From: Squalus acanthias
Lineage: Eukaryota
Assembly (NCBI GenBank): GCA_030390025.1
Contig: CM059438.1
Location: 69,566,001-69,630,000 of the forward strand
Length of the DNA: 64,000 nucleotides
Direction of reading: 5' to 3'
Shown: positions 25,130 through 38,230 of the stretch, one piece after another
Numbering within the stretch: the stretch's first letter is position 1
How the letters are laid out: each line of letters opens with the position of its first letter
Translations under genes and position numbers: made by a program
Notes under the pieces: generated by a model
What the model saw: the letters and a program-made list of their open reading frames with translations, nothing else
Databases searched by the model: none
What the model was told of the DNA's origin: nothing

Positions 25130-26566
25130 CTCTTCCAATTTCCACCCTTCCCTCACCTTCACATGGTCCATCTCCGACTCTCCCCTTCCCTTCCTCGACT
25201 TCTCCGTCTCCATCTCTGGGGATAGGTTATTGGCAAACATTCACTACAAGCCCACTGACTCCCACAGCTACCTGGACTACACTTCCTCCCACCCTGCCTC
25301 CTGTAAGGACTCTATTCCATTCTCCCAGTTTCTCCGTCTCCGCTGCATCTGCTCTGACGATGCCACCTTCCACACCAGTGCTTCCGACATGTCTTTCTTT
25401 TTCCTCAACCGAGGATTCCCCTCTACAGTGGTTGACACGGCCCTCTACCATGTCCGTTCTATCTCCCGCACTTCTGCCCTCACCCCTGCTCCTCCCTCCC
25501 GGAACCACGATAGAGTTCCCCTTGTCCTCACCTTTCACCCCACCAGCCTTCACATTCAACGGATCATCCTCCGCCATTTCCGCCACATCCAGTGTGATCC
25601 CACCACCAAACGCATCTTCCCCTCACCTCCCCTTTCAGCATTCCGCAGGGACCGCTCCCTCCGCAACACCCTAGTTCTCTCCTCTATCACCCCCAGAACC
25701 CCTTCCCCTTCGCCCGGCACCTTCCCGTGCAAGCGCAGGAGATGCAACACATGCCCTTATACCTTCACCCCTTCCCACTGTACAGGACCCCAAACACCCC
25801 TTCCAGGTGAAACAGCGATTTACTTGTACTTCTTGCAATTTTGGTATACTGTATTCACTGCTCACGATGTGGTCTCCTCTACATTGGGGAGACCAAACGC
25901 AGATTGGGTGACCGCTTTGTGGAACACCTCCGTTCAGTCCGTAAGGGGGACCCCGAGCTTCCGGTCGCTTGTCACTTTAATTCTTCGCACCACTCCCACT
26001 CAGACCTCACCGTCCTCGGCCTCTTCATTGTTCCACGGAAGCTCAGTGTAAGCTCGAGGAATAGCACCTCATCTTTCGATTAGGCACTTTATAGCCCTCT
26101 GGACTCAACATAGAGTTCAACAATTTCAGATCGGCCCCTATCATAGATATATTTTTTATCCACACTTTTTGTTTGTGCCTTTTGTTCTTCTCTCCCACAT
26201 GGCAGCCGTCTTTCATTCTGCCAGCGCAATTCACACTTCATCTAGAGCCATCCTTTGTTTCTTAACCTGTCCCATTACCATCTCCTATTGCCTTGAATAT
26301 CTCTTAATGTCTCTCTAATTCTCCTGCCTTTTATCCTATGACAGACCTTCCCTTTTGTTCTTTCATCCCCTCCCCCATTTCCCAGCCCCTAAACTCGCTT
26401 TAAAATCTGTTCCATTTCCTGCTTTTTTCCAGTTCTGACGAAAGGTCATTGACCTGAAACGTTAACTCTGTTTCTCTCTTCACAGATGCTGCCTGACCTG
26501 CTGAGTGTCTCCAGCATTTTCTGTTTTTATTTCAGATTTCCAGCATCTGCAGTATTTTCTTTTTGT
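25130..26566 (+). mobile_element. Penelope-like retroelement, 5' truncated (RT C-terminus, GIY-YIG endonuclease, pLTR)
   Basis: ORF 25230-26051 (IHYKPTDSHSYLDYTSSHP, CKRRRCNTC linker) and frameshifted 25841-26083 (VYCIHCSRCGLLYIGETKRRLGDRFVEH). Confidence 0.93.
26431..26467 (+). ncRNA. Minimal type I hammerhead ribozyme motif (intact core)
   Basis: AGTT-CTGACGA-A-AGGTC-ATT-GACCT-GAAAC-GTT-AACT within the Penelope pLTR. Confidence 0.8.
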
Positions 26567-27184
26567 CTTCCAATTTATTTTTTTGAAAAAGAATCCCAGG
26601 GGTTCTCTGACTTTTGCCATATTCTCTGCAGAGATTGGCTCATTGTGCTTCTCACCAGGACTTTCAGCTGAGCATAGCAAGGAACCCCAGTTTTACTGCA
26701 CTATTGAATTTCAGTATTTGTATGAAGGAAACATTTTTGGTTTATTAAGTCTCTGAAAATTAAAAATTGCTGGCCATGGGACATTTAATTAAAAATAGTA
26801 TTTGAGCTGAGCTCTGAATTTTTTATTTGGCTTCTGTAGGGTTTTGTTGGTGCTTACAGACTAATGAAGCCCTCTAGTACTTACACTTGCTCTTTTTCCC
26901 CCTTCACCAATTTCCCCATTGAATACTTTACCTCACCCCTTCTCTCTTGTGATGGTGCTGACTCATTCTGGGATATGGTCCCACAAATAACATCAGCCTT
27001 TCCATACTTGGCATGCTTAAATGTCTATTCTTAATGAGTAAATCTGGATAGTGGAAGCTATCTGGCTATGGTGGAGGGGGAAAGTCTCCGAGTTGAGTTC
27101 AATCCAGTTCTCATCTATTTTAAACAGGGTTCACTGACTAAGCGATCTAGGGTGGGAAGTAGCCCTATCACTGGTTGCAAGAGA

Positions 27185-28378
27185 TTCTATGGCATTATTC
27201 GAAGAAGAGCAAGGGAGTTCCCCAGTGTCCGAGCCAACGTTTATCCCTCAACCAGCATCACTAAAACAGATTATCTGGTCATTTATCTCACTGCAGTTTG
27301 TGGTTCCTTGCTGTGCACAAATTGGCTGCCGCATTTGCCTATAGTACAACATCGGTGAAGGTATTGACGATGGTTTGGAGTTCGACCTCCGAGGACAAAG
27401 ATCCTCTACCAACCTGCCCCCGCCACACTGCCCCCTGATTATCAAAATCCACGACAAGGCCTTGGACAACGTAGACCACTTTCCATACCGCGGGAGCCTA
27501 CTGTCAACAAGGTCAGATGTCAACGACGAAGTCCAACACCACCTTCAGTGTGCCAGTGCAGCCTTCGGTCACCTGAGGAAGAGAGTGTTTGAAGACCAGG
27601 ACCTCAAACCCGGCACTAAGCTCATGGTCTACAGAGCAGCAGTGATACGCGCCCTGCTGTATGCCTCAGAGACATGGACCATGTACAGCAGGCACCTCAA
27701 AGCACTGGAGAGGTACCTCCCAACGCTGCCTCCGCAAGATCCTGCAAATCCATTGGCAGGATAGGCGCACCAACGTCAGTGTTCTTGCTCAGGCCAACAT
27801 CCCAATCATCGAAGCTTTGACCACGCTCGATCAGCTCCGATGGACGGGTCACATTTTCCGCATGCCCGATACGAGACTCCCAAAACAAGTGCTCTACTCG
27901 GAGCTCCGACATGGCAAGGGAGCCCCAGGTGGGCAGAGGAAACGCTTCAAGGACACCCTCAAAGCCTCCTTGAAAAAGTGCAACATCCCCACCGACACCT
28001 GGGAATCCCTGGCCCAAGACTGCACAAAGTGGAGGAGAAGCATCCGGGAAGGCGCCGAACACCAAGTCTCCTCGCCGGGAGCAAGCGGAAGCCAAGCGCA
28101 GACATGGCAAGGAGCGCACGTCAACCCAAGCACCCCACCCACCCGCCCCTTCAACCACCGTCTGCCCCACCTGTGACAGAGACTGTAGGTCCCGCATTGG
28201 ACTCATCAGTCACCTGCAAACTCATTTTTAATGTGGAAGCAAGTCATCCTCGGTTCCGAGGGACTGCCTAAGAGAGAGAGAGAGAAGAAGAAGAGTAAAA
28301 CATATATTTCACAAGTACTTAATTGGCTGTGAAGCGCTTTGGGACATTCCAAGGATGTGAAAGGCCTATATAATTGCA
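27185..28378 (+). mobile_element. Deu-domain SINE split by an RTE insertion
   Basis: SINE core 27185-27352, tail resumes 28304-28378 (AAGTACTTAATTGGCTGTGAAGCGCTTTGGGAC). Confidence 0.8.
27353..28293 (+). mobile_element. RTE-clade LINE, 5' truncated with a short 5' inversion
   Basis: ORFs 27375-27764 and 27661-28176 (LLYASETWT, LRWTGH..RMPDTRLPK); (AG)n(AAG)n tail; TSD AGTACAACAT/AGTAAAACAT. Confidence 0.92.
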
Positions 28379-28576
28379 GCCAGCAGGGTTGTTAAACTTT
28401 GTCAGTTCTGTTGCCTGTAACACATATTGAGAGTCAAAAAAAATCTGCCTTCACTCATATGATATAAAACATTTAAAAATGCTACATTATTTGAATCGAT
28501 GTCTAGCAATTTTTGCACATAAGTGGCCATACAGCAGGAATTAGGATGGCTGTCTCTGAACTGGTGCAAGTACCTG

Positions 28577-29459
28577 TGTCCCTGTTGACCATGTGTGCGG
28601 GAAGTGCATCCAGCTGCAGCTACTGGCAGACCGCATTGCGGCGCTGGAGCTGCGAATGGATGCATACTGGAGCATTCGCGATGCTGAGGACATCGTGGAT
28701 AGCACGTTTAGGGAGTTGGTCACACCGCAGGTAAAGGCTGCACAGGCAGGAAGGGAATAGGTGACCACCAGGCAGAGTAGTAGGCGCAGGCAGGTAGTGC
28801 AGGGGTCCCCTGTGGACATCCCCCTCTCAAACAGATATACCACTTTGGATATTGTTGAGGGAGATGGCGTATCGGGGGAAGGCAGCAGCAACCAACTTCC
28901 TGGCACCATGGGTGGTTCTGCTGTACAGGACGGGAGGGAAAAGAGCGGGAGAGCTATAATGATAGGGGATTCTATTGTAAGGGGAATAGATAGGTGTTTC
29001 TGCGGCCGCAAACGAGACTCCAGGTTGGTATGTTGCCTCCCTGGTGCAAGGGTCAAGGATGTCTCGGAGCGGCTGCAGGGCATTCTGGAGAGGGAGGATG
29101 AACAGCCAGTTGTCGTGGTGCATATAGGTACCAACGATATAGGTAAAAAACGGGATGAGGTCCTAAAAGCTGAATATAGGGAATTAGGAGGTAAATTAAA
29201 AAATAGGACCTCAAAGGTAGTAATCTCAGGATTGCTACCGGTGCCATGTGCTAGTCAGAGTAGAAATAGAAGGATATTTCAGATGAATACGTGGCAAGAG
29301 GAATGGTGCAAGGGGGAGGGATTCAAATTCCTGGGACATTGGAACCGGTTCTGGGGGAGGTGGGACCAGTACAAACTGGACGGTTTGCACCTGGGCAGGA
29401 CCAGGACCGATGTTCTAGGGGGAGTATTTGCGAGTGCTGTTGGGGAGGGTTTAAACTAA
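28577..29459 (+). pseudogene. CR1 ORF1: zinc-finger remnant, coiled coil and SGNH esterase (in-frame stop at 28758-28760)
   Basis: IGDSIVR, VVVHIGTND and DGLH motifs in ORF 28761-29459; upstream DHVCGKC..LQLL. Confidence 0.9.
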
Positions 29460-29460
29460 A

Positions 29461-32420
29461 ATGGCAGGGGGTTGGGAACCTGTGCAGGGAAACAGAGGAA
29501 ATGGAAGCAAGGATGGAAGCAACAGACAGGAAGGAGAAAAGCAAAAGTGGAAGGCAGAGAAATCAAGGGTGTATATCAAATAGGGCTACAGTAAATAATA
29601 ATTCTAAAAGGACTAAGAGTGTTAAAAAAACAAGCCTGAAGGCTTTGTGTCTTAATGCGAGGAGCATTCGTAATAAGGTGGATGAATTAGCTGCGCAAAT
29701 AGATGTAAATGGATATGATATAATTGGGATTACGGAGACGTGGCTCCAGGGTGACCAAGGCTGGGAATTCAACATCCAGGGGTATTCAATATTCAGGAAG
29801 GACAGACAAAAAGGAAAAGGAGGTGGGGTAGCATTGCTGGTTAAAGAGGAGATTAACACAATAGTAAGGAAGGATATTAGCTCTGATGATGTGGAATCTG
29901 TATGGGTAGAGCTGAGAAATACCAAGGGGCAGAAAATATTAGTGGGAGTTGTATACAGACCCCCAAACAGTAATGCTGAGGTTGGGGATGGTATTAAACG
30001 TGAAATTAGAGATGCGTGCAATAAGGGCACAGCAGTTATCATGGGTGACTTTAATCTACATATAGATTGGGCTAACCAAATTAGTAACAATACTGTGGAG
30101 GAGGAATTTCTAGAGTGTATACGTGATGGTTTCCTGGACCAATATGTTGAGGAACCAACTAGAGATCAGGCCATCTTAGACTGGGTATTATGTAATGAGA
30201 AAGGATTAATTAGCAATCTTGTGCGAGGCCCCTTGGGGAGGTGCGATCATAATATGATAGAATTCTTCATTAAGATGGAGAGTGAAGTAGTTGACTCAAA
30301 GACTAGGGTTCTGAATTTAAATAAAGGAAACTATGATGGTATGAGGCGCGAGTTGGCTAGGGTGGATTGGGGAGCGTTACTTAAAGGGTTGACGGTGGAT
30401 AGGCAATGGCAAACATTTAAAGATCGCATGGATGAACTACAGAATTTGTTCATCCCTGTTTGGCATAAAAATAAAAATAAAATGGTGACTCAACCGTGGC
30501 TAACAAGGGAAATTAGGGATAGCATAAGATCCAAGGAGAGGACATATAAATTGGCCAGAAAAAGCAGCAAACCTGAGGATTGGGAGCAGTTTAGGATTCA
30601 GCAAAGGAGGACAAAGGGATTAATTAAGAGGGGGGAAATAGAGTATGAGAGTAAGCTTGCAGGGAACATAAAAACTGACTGTAAAAGCTTCTATAGATAT
30701 GTGAAGAGAAAAAGATTGGTGAAGTCAAGCGTAGGTCCCTTGCAGTCAGAATCAGGGGAATTTATAATCGTGAACAAAGAAATGGCAAACCAATTAAATA
30801 CATACTTTAGTTCTGTCTTCACAAAGGAGTACACAAATAAACTCCCAGAGATGTCGGGGAACATAGGGTCTAATGAGAGGGAGGAATTGAATGAAATCAC
30901 TCTTTGTAGGGAAATGGTGTTAGGGAAATTGACGGGATTGAAGGCCGATAAATCCCAGGGCCTGATAATCTACATTCTAGGGTATTTAAGGAAGTGGCCC
31001 TAGAAATAGTAGATGCATTGCTGGTCATCTTTCAAAATTCTATAGACTCTGGAACAGTTCCCATGGATTGGAGGGTAGCTAATGTCACCCAACTATTTAA
31101 AAAAGGTGGTAGAGAAAAAACGGGGAATGACATCGGTAGTGGGGAAAATGCTAGAGTCCATTATAAAAGATGTAATAGCAGAGCACTTGGAAAACAGTGA
31201 CAGGATCAGATAAAGTCAACATGGATTTACAAAAGGGAAATCATGCCTGACTAATCAACGGGAATTTTTGAGGATGTAACTGGTAGAATAGATAAGGGAG
31301 AAACAGTGGATGTGGTGTATTTGGACTTTCAGAAGGCTTTCGATAAGGTTCCGCATAAGAGATTAGCGTGCAAAGTTAAAGCACATGGGATTGGGGGTGA
31401 GGTACTGATTTGGATAGAGAACTGGTTGGCAGACAGGAAGCAAAGAGTTGGAATGAACGGGTCTTTTTCCGAGTGGGAGGCAGTGACTAGTGGGGTACCA
31501 CAGATATCGGTGCTAGGACCCCAGCTATTCACAATATATATTAATGATCTAGATTAGGGAACTAGATGTAATATCTCTAAGTTTGCAGACGACACAAAGC
31601 TGGGTGGGCGTGCGAGCTGTGAGGAGGATGCAGAGAAACTCCAGTATGATTTGGACAGGTTGGGTGATTGGGCAGATGCATGGCAGATGCAGTATAATGT
31701 GGATAAATGCAAGGTTATCCACTTTGGTGGCAAAAACAGGAAGACAGATTATTATCTGAACGGCAATAGATTGGGAAAAGGGGAAGTGCAACGAGATCTG
31801 GGAGTCCTTGTGCACCAGTCGCTGAAGGTAAGCATGCAGGTGCAGCAGGTGGTTAAGAAGGCAAATGGTATGTTGGCCTTCATAGCGAGAGGATTCGAGT
31901 ACAGGAGCAAGGATGTCTTGCTGCAGTTGTACAAGGCCTTGGTGAGACCACACCTTGAGTATTGTGTGCAGTTTTGGTTGCCTTATCTGAGGAAGGATGT
32001 TCTTGCCATGGAGGGAGTGCAGCGAAGATTTACCAGACTGATACCTGGGATGGCAGGAATGACGTATGAAGAGAGATTGGGTTGATTAGGCTTATATTCG
32101 CTAAAGTTTTGAAGAATGAGAGGGGATCTCATTGAAACTTATAAAATTCTAACAGGACTAGACAGACTAGATGCAGGAAGGATGTTCCCGATGGCGGGGG
32201 AGTCCAGAACCAGAGGTCACAGTCTAAGGATAAGGGTAAGCCATTTAGGACTGAGATGAGGAGGAATTTCTTCACCCAGAGAGTGGTGAACCTGTGGACT
32301 TCTCTGCCACAGAATGCAGTTGAGGCCATTTCATTAAATATATTCAAGAAGGAGATAGATATATTTCTTAAGGCTAAAGGGATCAAGGGATATGGGGAGA
32401 AAGCAGGGACAGGGTACTGA
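29461..32420 (+). pseudogene. CR1 ORF2: APE endonuclease + reverse transcriptase, frameshifted
   Basis: [46 protein letters not shown]; split over several frames with stops. Confidence 0.93.
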
Positions 32421-33113
32421 ATTTGGATGACCAGCCATGATCTCATTAAATGGCGGAGCAGGCTCGCGGGGCCGAATGGCCTACTCCTGCTCCTATCTTC
32501 TATGCTTCTATGCTACCTGGCTGCATGTGAATTAGTCTGAATGTGAAAATTGCAATTGATCCTGTTCAACTGGTCAGTTGATCCAGATGGGCTCAGTGTA
32601 TTAGACATTGTAAGTCACGTAAACCAAGGGCTATTTGAGGTATTCAAATGAAAGGTAGCATTTGGAGCAGTTTTCATTCCCCTCACATTTTGATATTTCC
32701 CAAGTATTTCGTATATTTTTCCTCTTACTTTGTTTGTCACCCTACATGTGATTCCACAAATCTTCTGTCACGTGCTTGGCAATGTGGACAACTCTTAGCT
32801 TATTCTCTGCAGCAAGTTCATCATTAGGAGTCGTCCTAGCTTCTGCTCCTGATGCTTGGTGATGCTCTTCTACACGTGGGCATTCCCAAGATATGGGAAG
32901 TTCCTCCAGATCTGCAGTAGAGAATCAACTCTGACTGGTGGGCTCTATTGTGTGCCCATAGCTTGTGGTGTCCATAATACTGGGGCAAATGTAGATGTGA
33001 GACAATAATCACAGTAGCAGATGAATAGTCCTGAATCCTTGCGGACATTCACGTGGAAAAGTAGAAGTATGGAATTGTTTCTGTTCTCCCCTTACAAGGC
33101 AAATGGTGGGATG

Positions 33114-33582
33114 AAAGAAAAGAAAGAACTTGCATTTGTACAGCAACTTTGATGACCTTCAGGTAGTCCCAAAGCGCTTTACAGCCCATGCAATACTTTT
33201 GAAGTGTATTCACTGTTGTAATGTGGGAAACACAGCTGCCACTTTCACACTGCAAGCTCCCACAAATAGCAATGATAGAATGACCAGGTAATCTGCTTTA
33301 GTGATGTTGGTTCAGGGATAAATATTGGACAGGATACGGGGGAGAACTCCCCATGAGCTTCTTCGAAATAGTGCCATGGGATCTTTTATGCCCACCTGAG
33401 AGGGCAGACAGAGCCTCGGTTTAACGTTTCATTCGAAAGACAGCACCTCCAATAGTGCAGCACTCCCTCGGTACTGCAATAAAGTATCAGCCGAGGTTAT
33501 GTGCTCAAGTCCCTGGAGAGGGACGTGAATCCACAATCTTCTGACTCGGAGGCGAGAGTGCTACCATTGAGCCAAGGCTGAC
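33114..33582 (-). mobile_element. Full-length Deu-domain SINE
   Basis: Minus head GTCAGCCTTGGCTCAATGGTAGCAC (box A) and GGATTCACGTCC (box B-like), Deu core, (TTTC)n tail. Confidence 0.88.
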
Positions 33583-33799
33583 AAGGCAGGGACTTCCCAA
33601 GCCTTCAGTTCGCAGTCCTGGTCATGGATGGGGACCTGGTGTGTCAGTGATGGTTGATACGCCAGAATAGATGAGGTGTATCAGACTCCACTAGGGCACA
33701 ATGGAACTCCACATGGTCAGCTGTGGTTCAGTGGCCTGTTGTCCTGGCCAATATTTATCCCTCAATCAACATCAAAAAATAGATTATCTGGTCATTATC

Positions 33800-34332
33800 C
33801 ACCTACTCCCCACAGTAAGGAGTGTGATGGAATACTCTCCACTTGCCTGGATGAGTGCAGCTGCAACAACACTCAAGAGGCTCGACACCATCCAGGACAA
33901 AGCAGCCCGTTTGATTGGCACCCCATCCACCACCTTAAACATTCACTCCCTCCACCACCAGCGTACCGTGGCTGCATTGTGTACCATCTACAAGATGCAC
34001 TGCAGCAGCTCGCCAAGGCTTCTTCGGCAGCACCTCCCATCCCTGCAACCTCTTCCACCTAGAAGGACAAGGGCAGCAGGCGCATGGGAACACCACCACC
34101 TCCAAGTTCCCCTCCAAGTCACACACCATCCTGACTTGGAAACATATCACCGATCCTTCATCGTCGCTGGGTCAAAATCCTGGAACTCCCTACCTAACAG
34201 CAGTGTGGGAGTACCTTCACCACACGGACTGCAGCGGTTCAAGAAGGCGGCTCACCACCACCTTCTCAAGGGATGGGCAATAAATGCTGGCCTTGCCAGC
34301 GATGCCCAGATCCCATAAGCGAATAAAAAAAA
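33800..34332 (+). mobile_element. Non-LTR retrotransposon family B (CR1/L2 group), 3' end, abutting a Deu-SINE fragment (33735-33799)
   Basis: VRSVMEYSPLAW...IQDKAARLI...WNSLP; ends GAATAAAAAAAA; reverse-complement match to 39817-40350. Confidence 0.85.
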
Positions 34333-35189
34333 TTGGACAAGAAATTGGGCATCCGTGTCCAGGCGCATGAGGCAGGTTAGTGCGAACAATGTGCCCCAAA
34401 GGCTACCATGCAAATGAGTAAATTAATGGAACGGGAATGGGGGGGTGGTGGAAGAAAAAAATAGAAGACTGCATAATAACAATGGCTTGCAATCAGTTCT
34501 CAATCTCTGCAGATTTAAGCATATGGCATTGTTCCCAACAAATGCAACTTCCACAGACAGTAAATAGCAGGGATCTCCATCAAAAGGGAAGGATGTCGTT
34601 CAATAATAATTCGTTTGAAATTGGGATTTAGTTGGGAAAAAATAGTTATACGAACTGCCAAATTACATCCCTAAATAGATGACCTCAAGTGGGAGGGATG
34701 CCTTTACATGACTGACAAAGATTTCAACACACAACTCCACAAAACTACAAAGGACACAGATGCACAATTCCATCTCCCTGTACTGGGCTCTCAAGGATCT
34801 AACTACATAACCCACTGCTATTGTAGCATTGAGAAGATGTTTAATAATTTAGCATCATAATTATGAATAGCAGTCATTGTTTACGAAGAAAGGGGTGGAG
34901 CCAATGGCAACGTATAACGTGCTTCATTTTATCCTCTGCAGCTCATCTGTGAAGCGTGCAGTTAAAATGGACGATTGCCCGGTCAAAAATATTAGCTACA
35001 TTGGCCTGGGCTTTGAAGCTCGGTTGTTGTGGCAGCACAGGAACAGGCTCCATATTTCTTTGTTGCATGATGTCGCTGACCAGTTAGGATTGCGTTCTGA
35101 AATCAGGAGACTGAACTCAGAGAAAGAACGACTTACATTTCTATTGCGCCTTTCACACCTGAGGCCAACCCAAAGGCTTTACAGCCAAT

Positions 35190-35555
35190 GAACAACAACA
35201 ACAACTTGTATTTATATAGCGCCTTTAACATACTAAAACGTCCCAAGGTGCTTCACTGGAATATTATAAGACAAAGAAATGTGACACCGAGCCACATAAG
35301 GATGAAATTAGGGCAGATGACCAAAAGCTTGGTCAAAGAGGCAGGCTTTAAGGAGCGTCTTACAGGAGGAGAGAGAGGCAGAGAGGTTTAGGGAGGGAGT
35401 TCCAGAGCTGAGGGCTGAGGCAGCTGATGGCACGGCCACCAATGGTTGAGCGGTTAAAATGGCAGAATTCGAGGAGCGCAGATATCGCGGACGGTTGTGG
35501 GGCTGGAGGAGATTAGAGATGGGGAGGGGCGAGGCCATGGAGGGATTTGAAAACA
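35190..35555 (-). mobile_element. L2 3' end inserted in a Deu-SINE tail
   Basis: (AAC)n tail, match to 37850-38230; SINE pieces at 35130-35189 and 35560-35615. Confidence 0.85.
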
Positions 35556-37294
35556 AGTGAAATGCAGTACCTTTTGAAGTGTAGTCACTGTTGTAATGTA
35601 GAAACATGGCAGCCAATGAGGATGTAGATTATTAGGAGTTTATGCAAGACAGAAAAAGGAGTTTTAATGTAGGAGACTCCTGTACATTGCAGGCGAGCTG
35701 CCAGGTCTGCAGAAACATTCCAGTAGCGCCGAACCGGATCGACTGCGATGCCTCGTATATATTGGCAACTGGAGATCATGTTGGAGTCAAAATCTGGTGA
35801 AAACTGGCTTCCATTTGCCAGAATCAGCTTCACAATTACACCAGCTAACCGGGAACAGCTCCAAGATCATTCATCTGTGGAGCAGGCTTGGATGAATTCA
35901 GAAGTACTGAGAAGAGATGGAGTCTGATTTAGCAGCTATTGCTGCTGCTGCATCCACCACAAGCTGATGGCCAGTCATTCAGTGAGCCTACACCCCACAA
36001 ATGAAAAAGATGTACAAACAATTCCATTGTCTTGTTATAAAATTACCTCACGAAGAGCCAGCGGCTACAACGAGTTTGAGACATTCAATCAGGGTGAGCA
36101 CATTCAGACATAAAGGCTGCGATTCTGGCATTGGCATGCAGTATGAGTCTCAGCAAAAAATAAAGAATGAAAACTAATTTTAGCTCCAATAACATTATCT
36201 GTGAGATCAAAAGAATTCAGCCTCATGTTCTATCTCAACACCCTGTAGCCTAAGGACATTTCATCCTCCACCTCTCTGAGCTGTGACTGACTGATGTATT
36301 ATTTGCAAACAAGGGGCAAATTTGACTTGTTTGCTTAGCTTTGCAAGGGATTGTTCAGCAGGAGGTTATAAAAGTTCCAAGGGAAAGCAATACAGGAAGA
36401 AACCTAAAGGCGTGTGAAGTTCCTCCTAATTGCAAAGTGCACAAAGAGGAGACCCAGATAGTAACTTGGGTATTTAAATGCTATGTTAGCAGTTGGTGGA
36501 CAGGCAGTTTGATTGTTTCTCATGTCAGTCTGGCAAAAAAAAGAGTAATTGTAGCCTTGGATTGTGGAAGGACTCTTTTGAATTCCCCCGCAGCATTAAT
36601 TCACATAATCTCAGAGTGATTAATAAAAAGCTGTCACTCCATTCTGTGTCCTTTTGTGAATCTCTGCTGCAGATCTGAAGGAACTTCCTGTTAATTGTCA
36701 CTTTGATGTATACCGGCAAACAAGATCAATTAAAGTCCCACGTGGTTTATTTTCTGGCATGCAATCATGGAATATCGAATTTTTTTTCCCACCTGTACCC
36801 AGTAGGAGACCCCATCATCCAGACTGGATCCTTTGAGCACCGACTCCTTGACATGGCACAGATGAGCAAAATTCATGTGGCCAAACATATTGGGAGAATG
36901 AGGTTAGCACTGAGCATCAACCTGTGCATCTGACTAATTTTTAAATTAAAGAGCATACACTGCATTAGGATCTTTCAGTGCTGTCGAAAACAAACCCTCA
37001 GGTCCATCGATTGAGGAGTGACCAAAGGATCAGTCTCCAGTCATTTAGTGATCTGAGCTGCTGCTCTGTGCACAGAACAAAACCCAGTCCTGTGGCATAA
37101 GGTTTACAGTCGTCAACATTATCAGGGTGGGCATTCCCTGAAGCCAGACTGTCCAGTTCAAAAACGATCTTGCGGTCACTCAAATATCTATCGACCATGC
37201 CATGCAGAGCTGAAGATTTAGCTACACTGTCATTTCTTTTGTATTCTATTTTTATTTGCCAATCCCAGGATCAATAACAATCCCAGGATCCATA

Positions 37295-38230
37295 ACAATC
37301 CTCCTGTTTCTCACCTACATGTTGCCGCTTGGCAACATCGTCCGAAAACGCAGCGTCAGTTTCCACATGTACGCTGACGACACCCAGCTCTACCTCACGA
37401 CCACTTCTCTCGACCCCTCCTCAGTCTTTAAATTGCTTGTCCGACATCCAGTTCTGGATGAGCAGAAATTTTCTCCAATTAAAAATTGGGAAGACCGAAG
37501 CCATTGTTTTCGGTCCCCACCAGAAACTCCATTCCCTAGCCATTAACTCCATCCCTCGCCCTAACATCTGTCTGAGGCTGAACCACACTATTTGCAACCT
37601 TGGTGTCATTTTTGACCCAGAAATGAGCTTCCGACCACATATCCGCAGCATAACTAAGACGGCCTATTTCCATCTCCATAATATTGCCCGTCTCTGCCCC
37701 GCCTCAGCTCATCAGCTGCTGAAACCCTCATCCATGTGATCCAAAACTCGGCTGCTCGTGTCCTAACTCGCACCAAGTCCCGTTCACCCATCACCTCTGT
37801 GCTCGCTGACCTACATTGGCTCCCGGTTAAGCAACACCTCGATTTCAAAATTCTCATCCTTGTTTTCAGATCCCTCCATGGCCTCGCCCCTCCCTATCTC
37901 TGTAATCTCCTTCAGCCCCACAACCCCCCGAGATATCTGCGCTCCTCTAATTCTGCCCTCTTGAGCATCCCTGATTATAATCGCTCAACCATTGGTGGCC
38001 GTGCCTTCTGCTGCCTAGGCCCTAAGCTCTGGAATTCCCTGCCCAAACCTCTCTGCCTCTCTACCTCTCTTTCCTCCTTTAAGATGCTCCTTAAAACCTA
38101 ACTCGTTGACCACCTGCCCTAATTTCTCCTTATGTGGCTCGGTGTCATGTTTTGTCTTGTAACATTCCTGTGAAGCTCCTTGGGATGTTTTACTACGTCA
38201 AAGGCGCTATATAAATACAAGTTGTTGTTG
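37295..38230 (+). mobile_element. L2 LINE 3' portion
   Basis: FHMYADDTQLY, WMSRNFLQL, LHWLPV, WNSLP motifs; tail ATAAATACAAG(TTG)n; 18-bp tandem duplication at the 5' junction (37261-37301). Confidence 0.93.

Larger units (their letters stand above)
28577..32513 (+). mobile_element. Near full-length CR1 LINE (ORF1 + ORF2, disrupted)
   Basis: Esterase ORF1, APE endonuclease and RT; (CTTCTATG)n tail; candidate TSD TACCTG (28571-28576, 32514-32519). Confidence 0.96.

Noticed and set aside
28761..29459. SGNH esterase as a captured host gene
   Set aside because: It is the normal esterase-type ORF1 of CR1, contiguous with ORF2.
28541..30900. Long minus-strand ORFs opposite the CR1
   Set aside because: Antisense shadows of CR1 ORF1/ORF2.
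33505..33582. tRNA gene candidate
   Set aside because: The box A/B region is the head of a Deu-domain SINE and runs directly into the SINE core.
35585..35970. Moderately CpG-containing stretch with an 82-aa minus ORF, possible host exon
   Set aside because: No recognisable protein in the frames examined and no convincing splice-site pair; a BLASTX search would settle it.
36998..37198. 66-aa minus ORF with protein-like composition
   Set aside because: No family recognised and no clear acceptor or donor.
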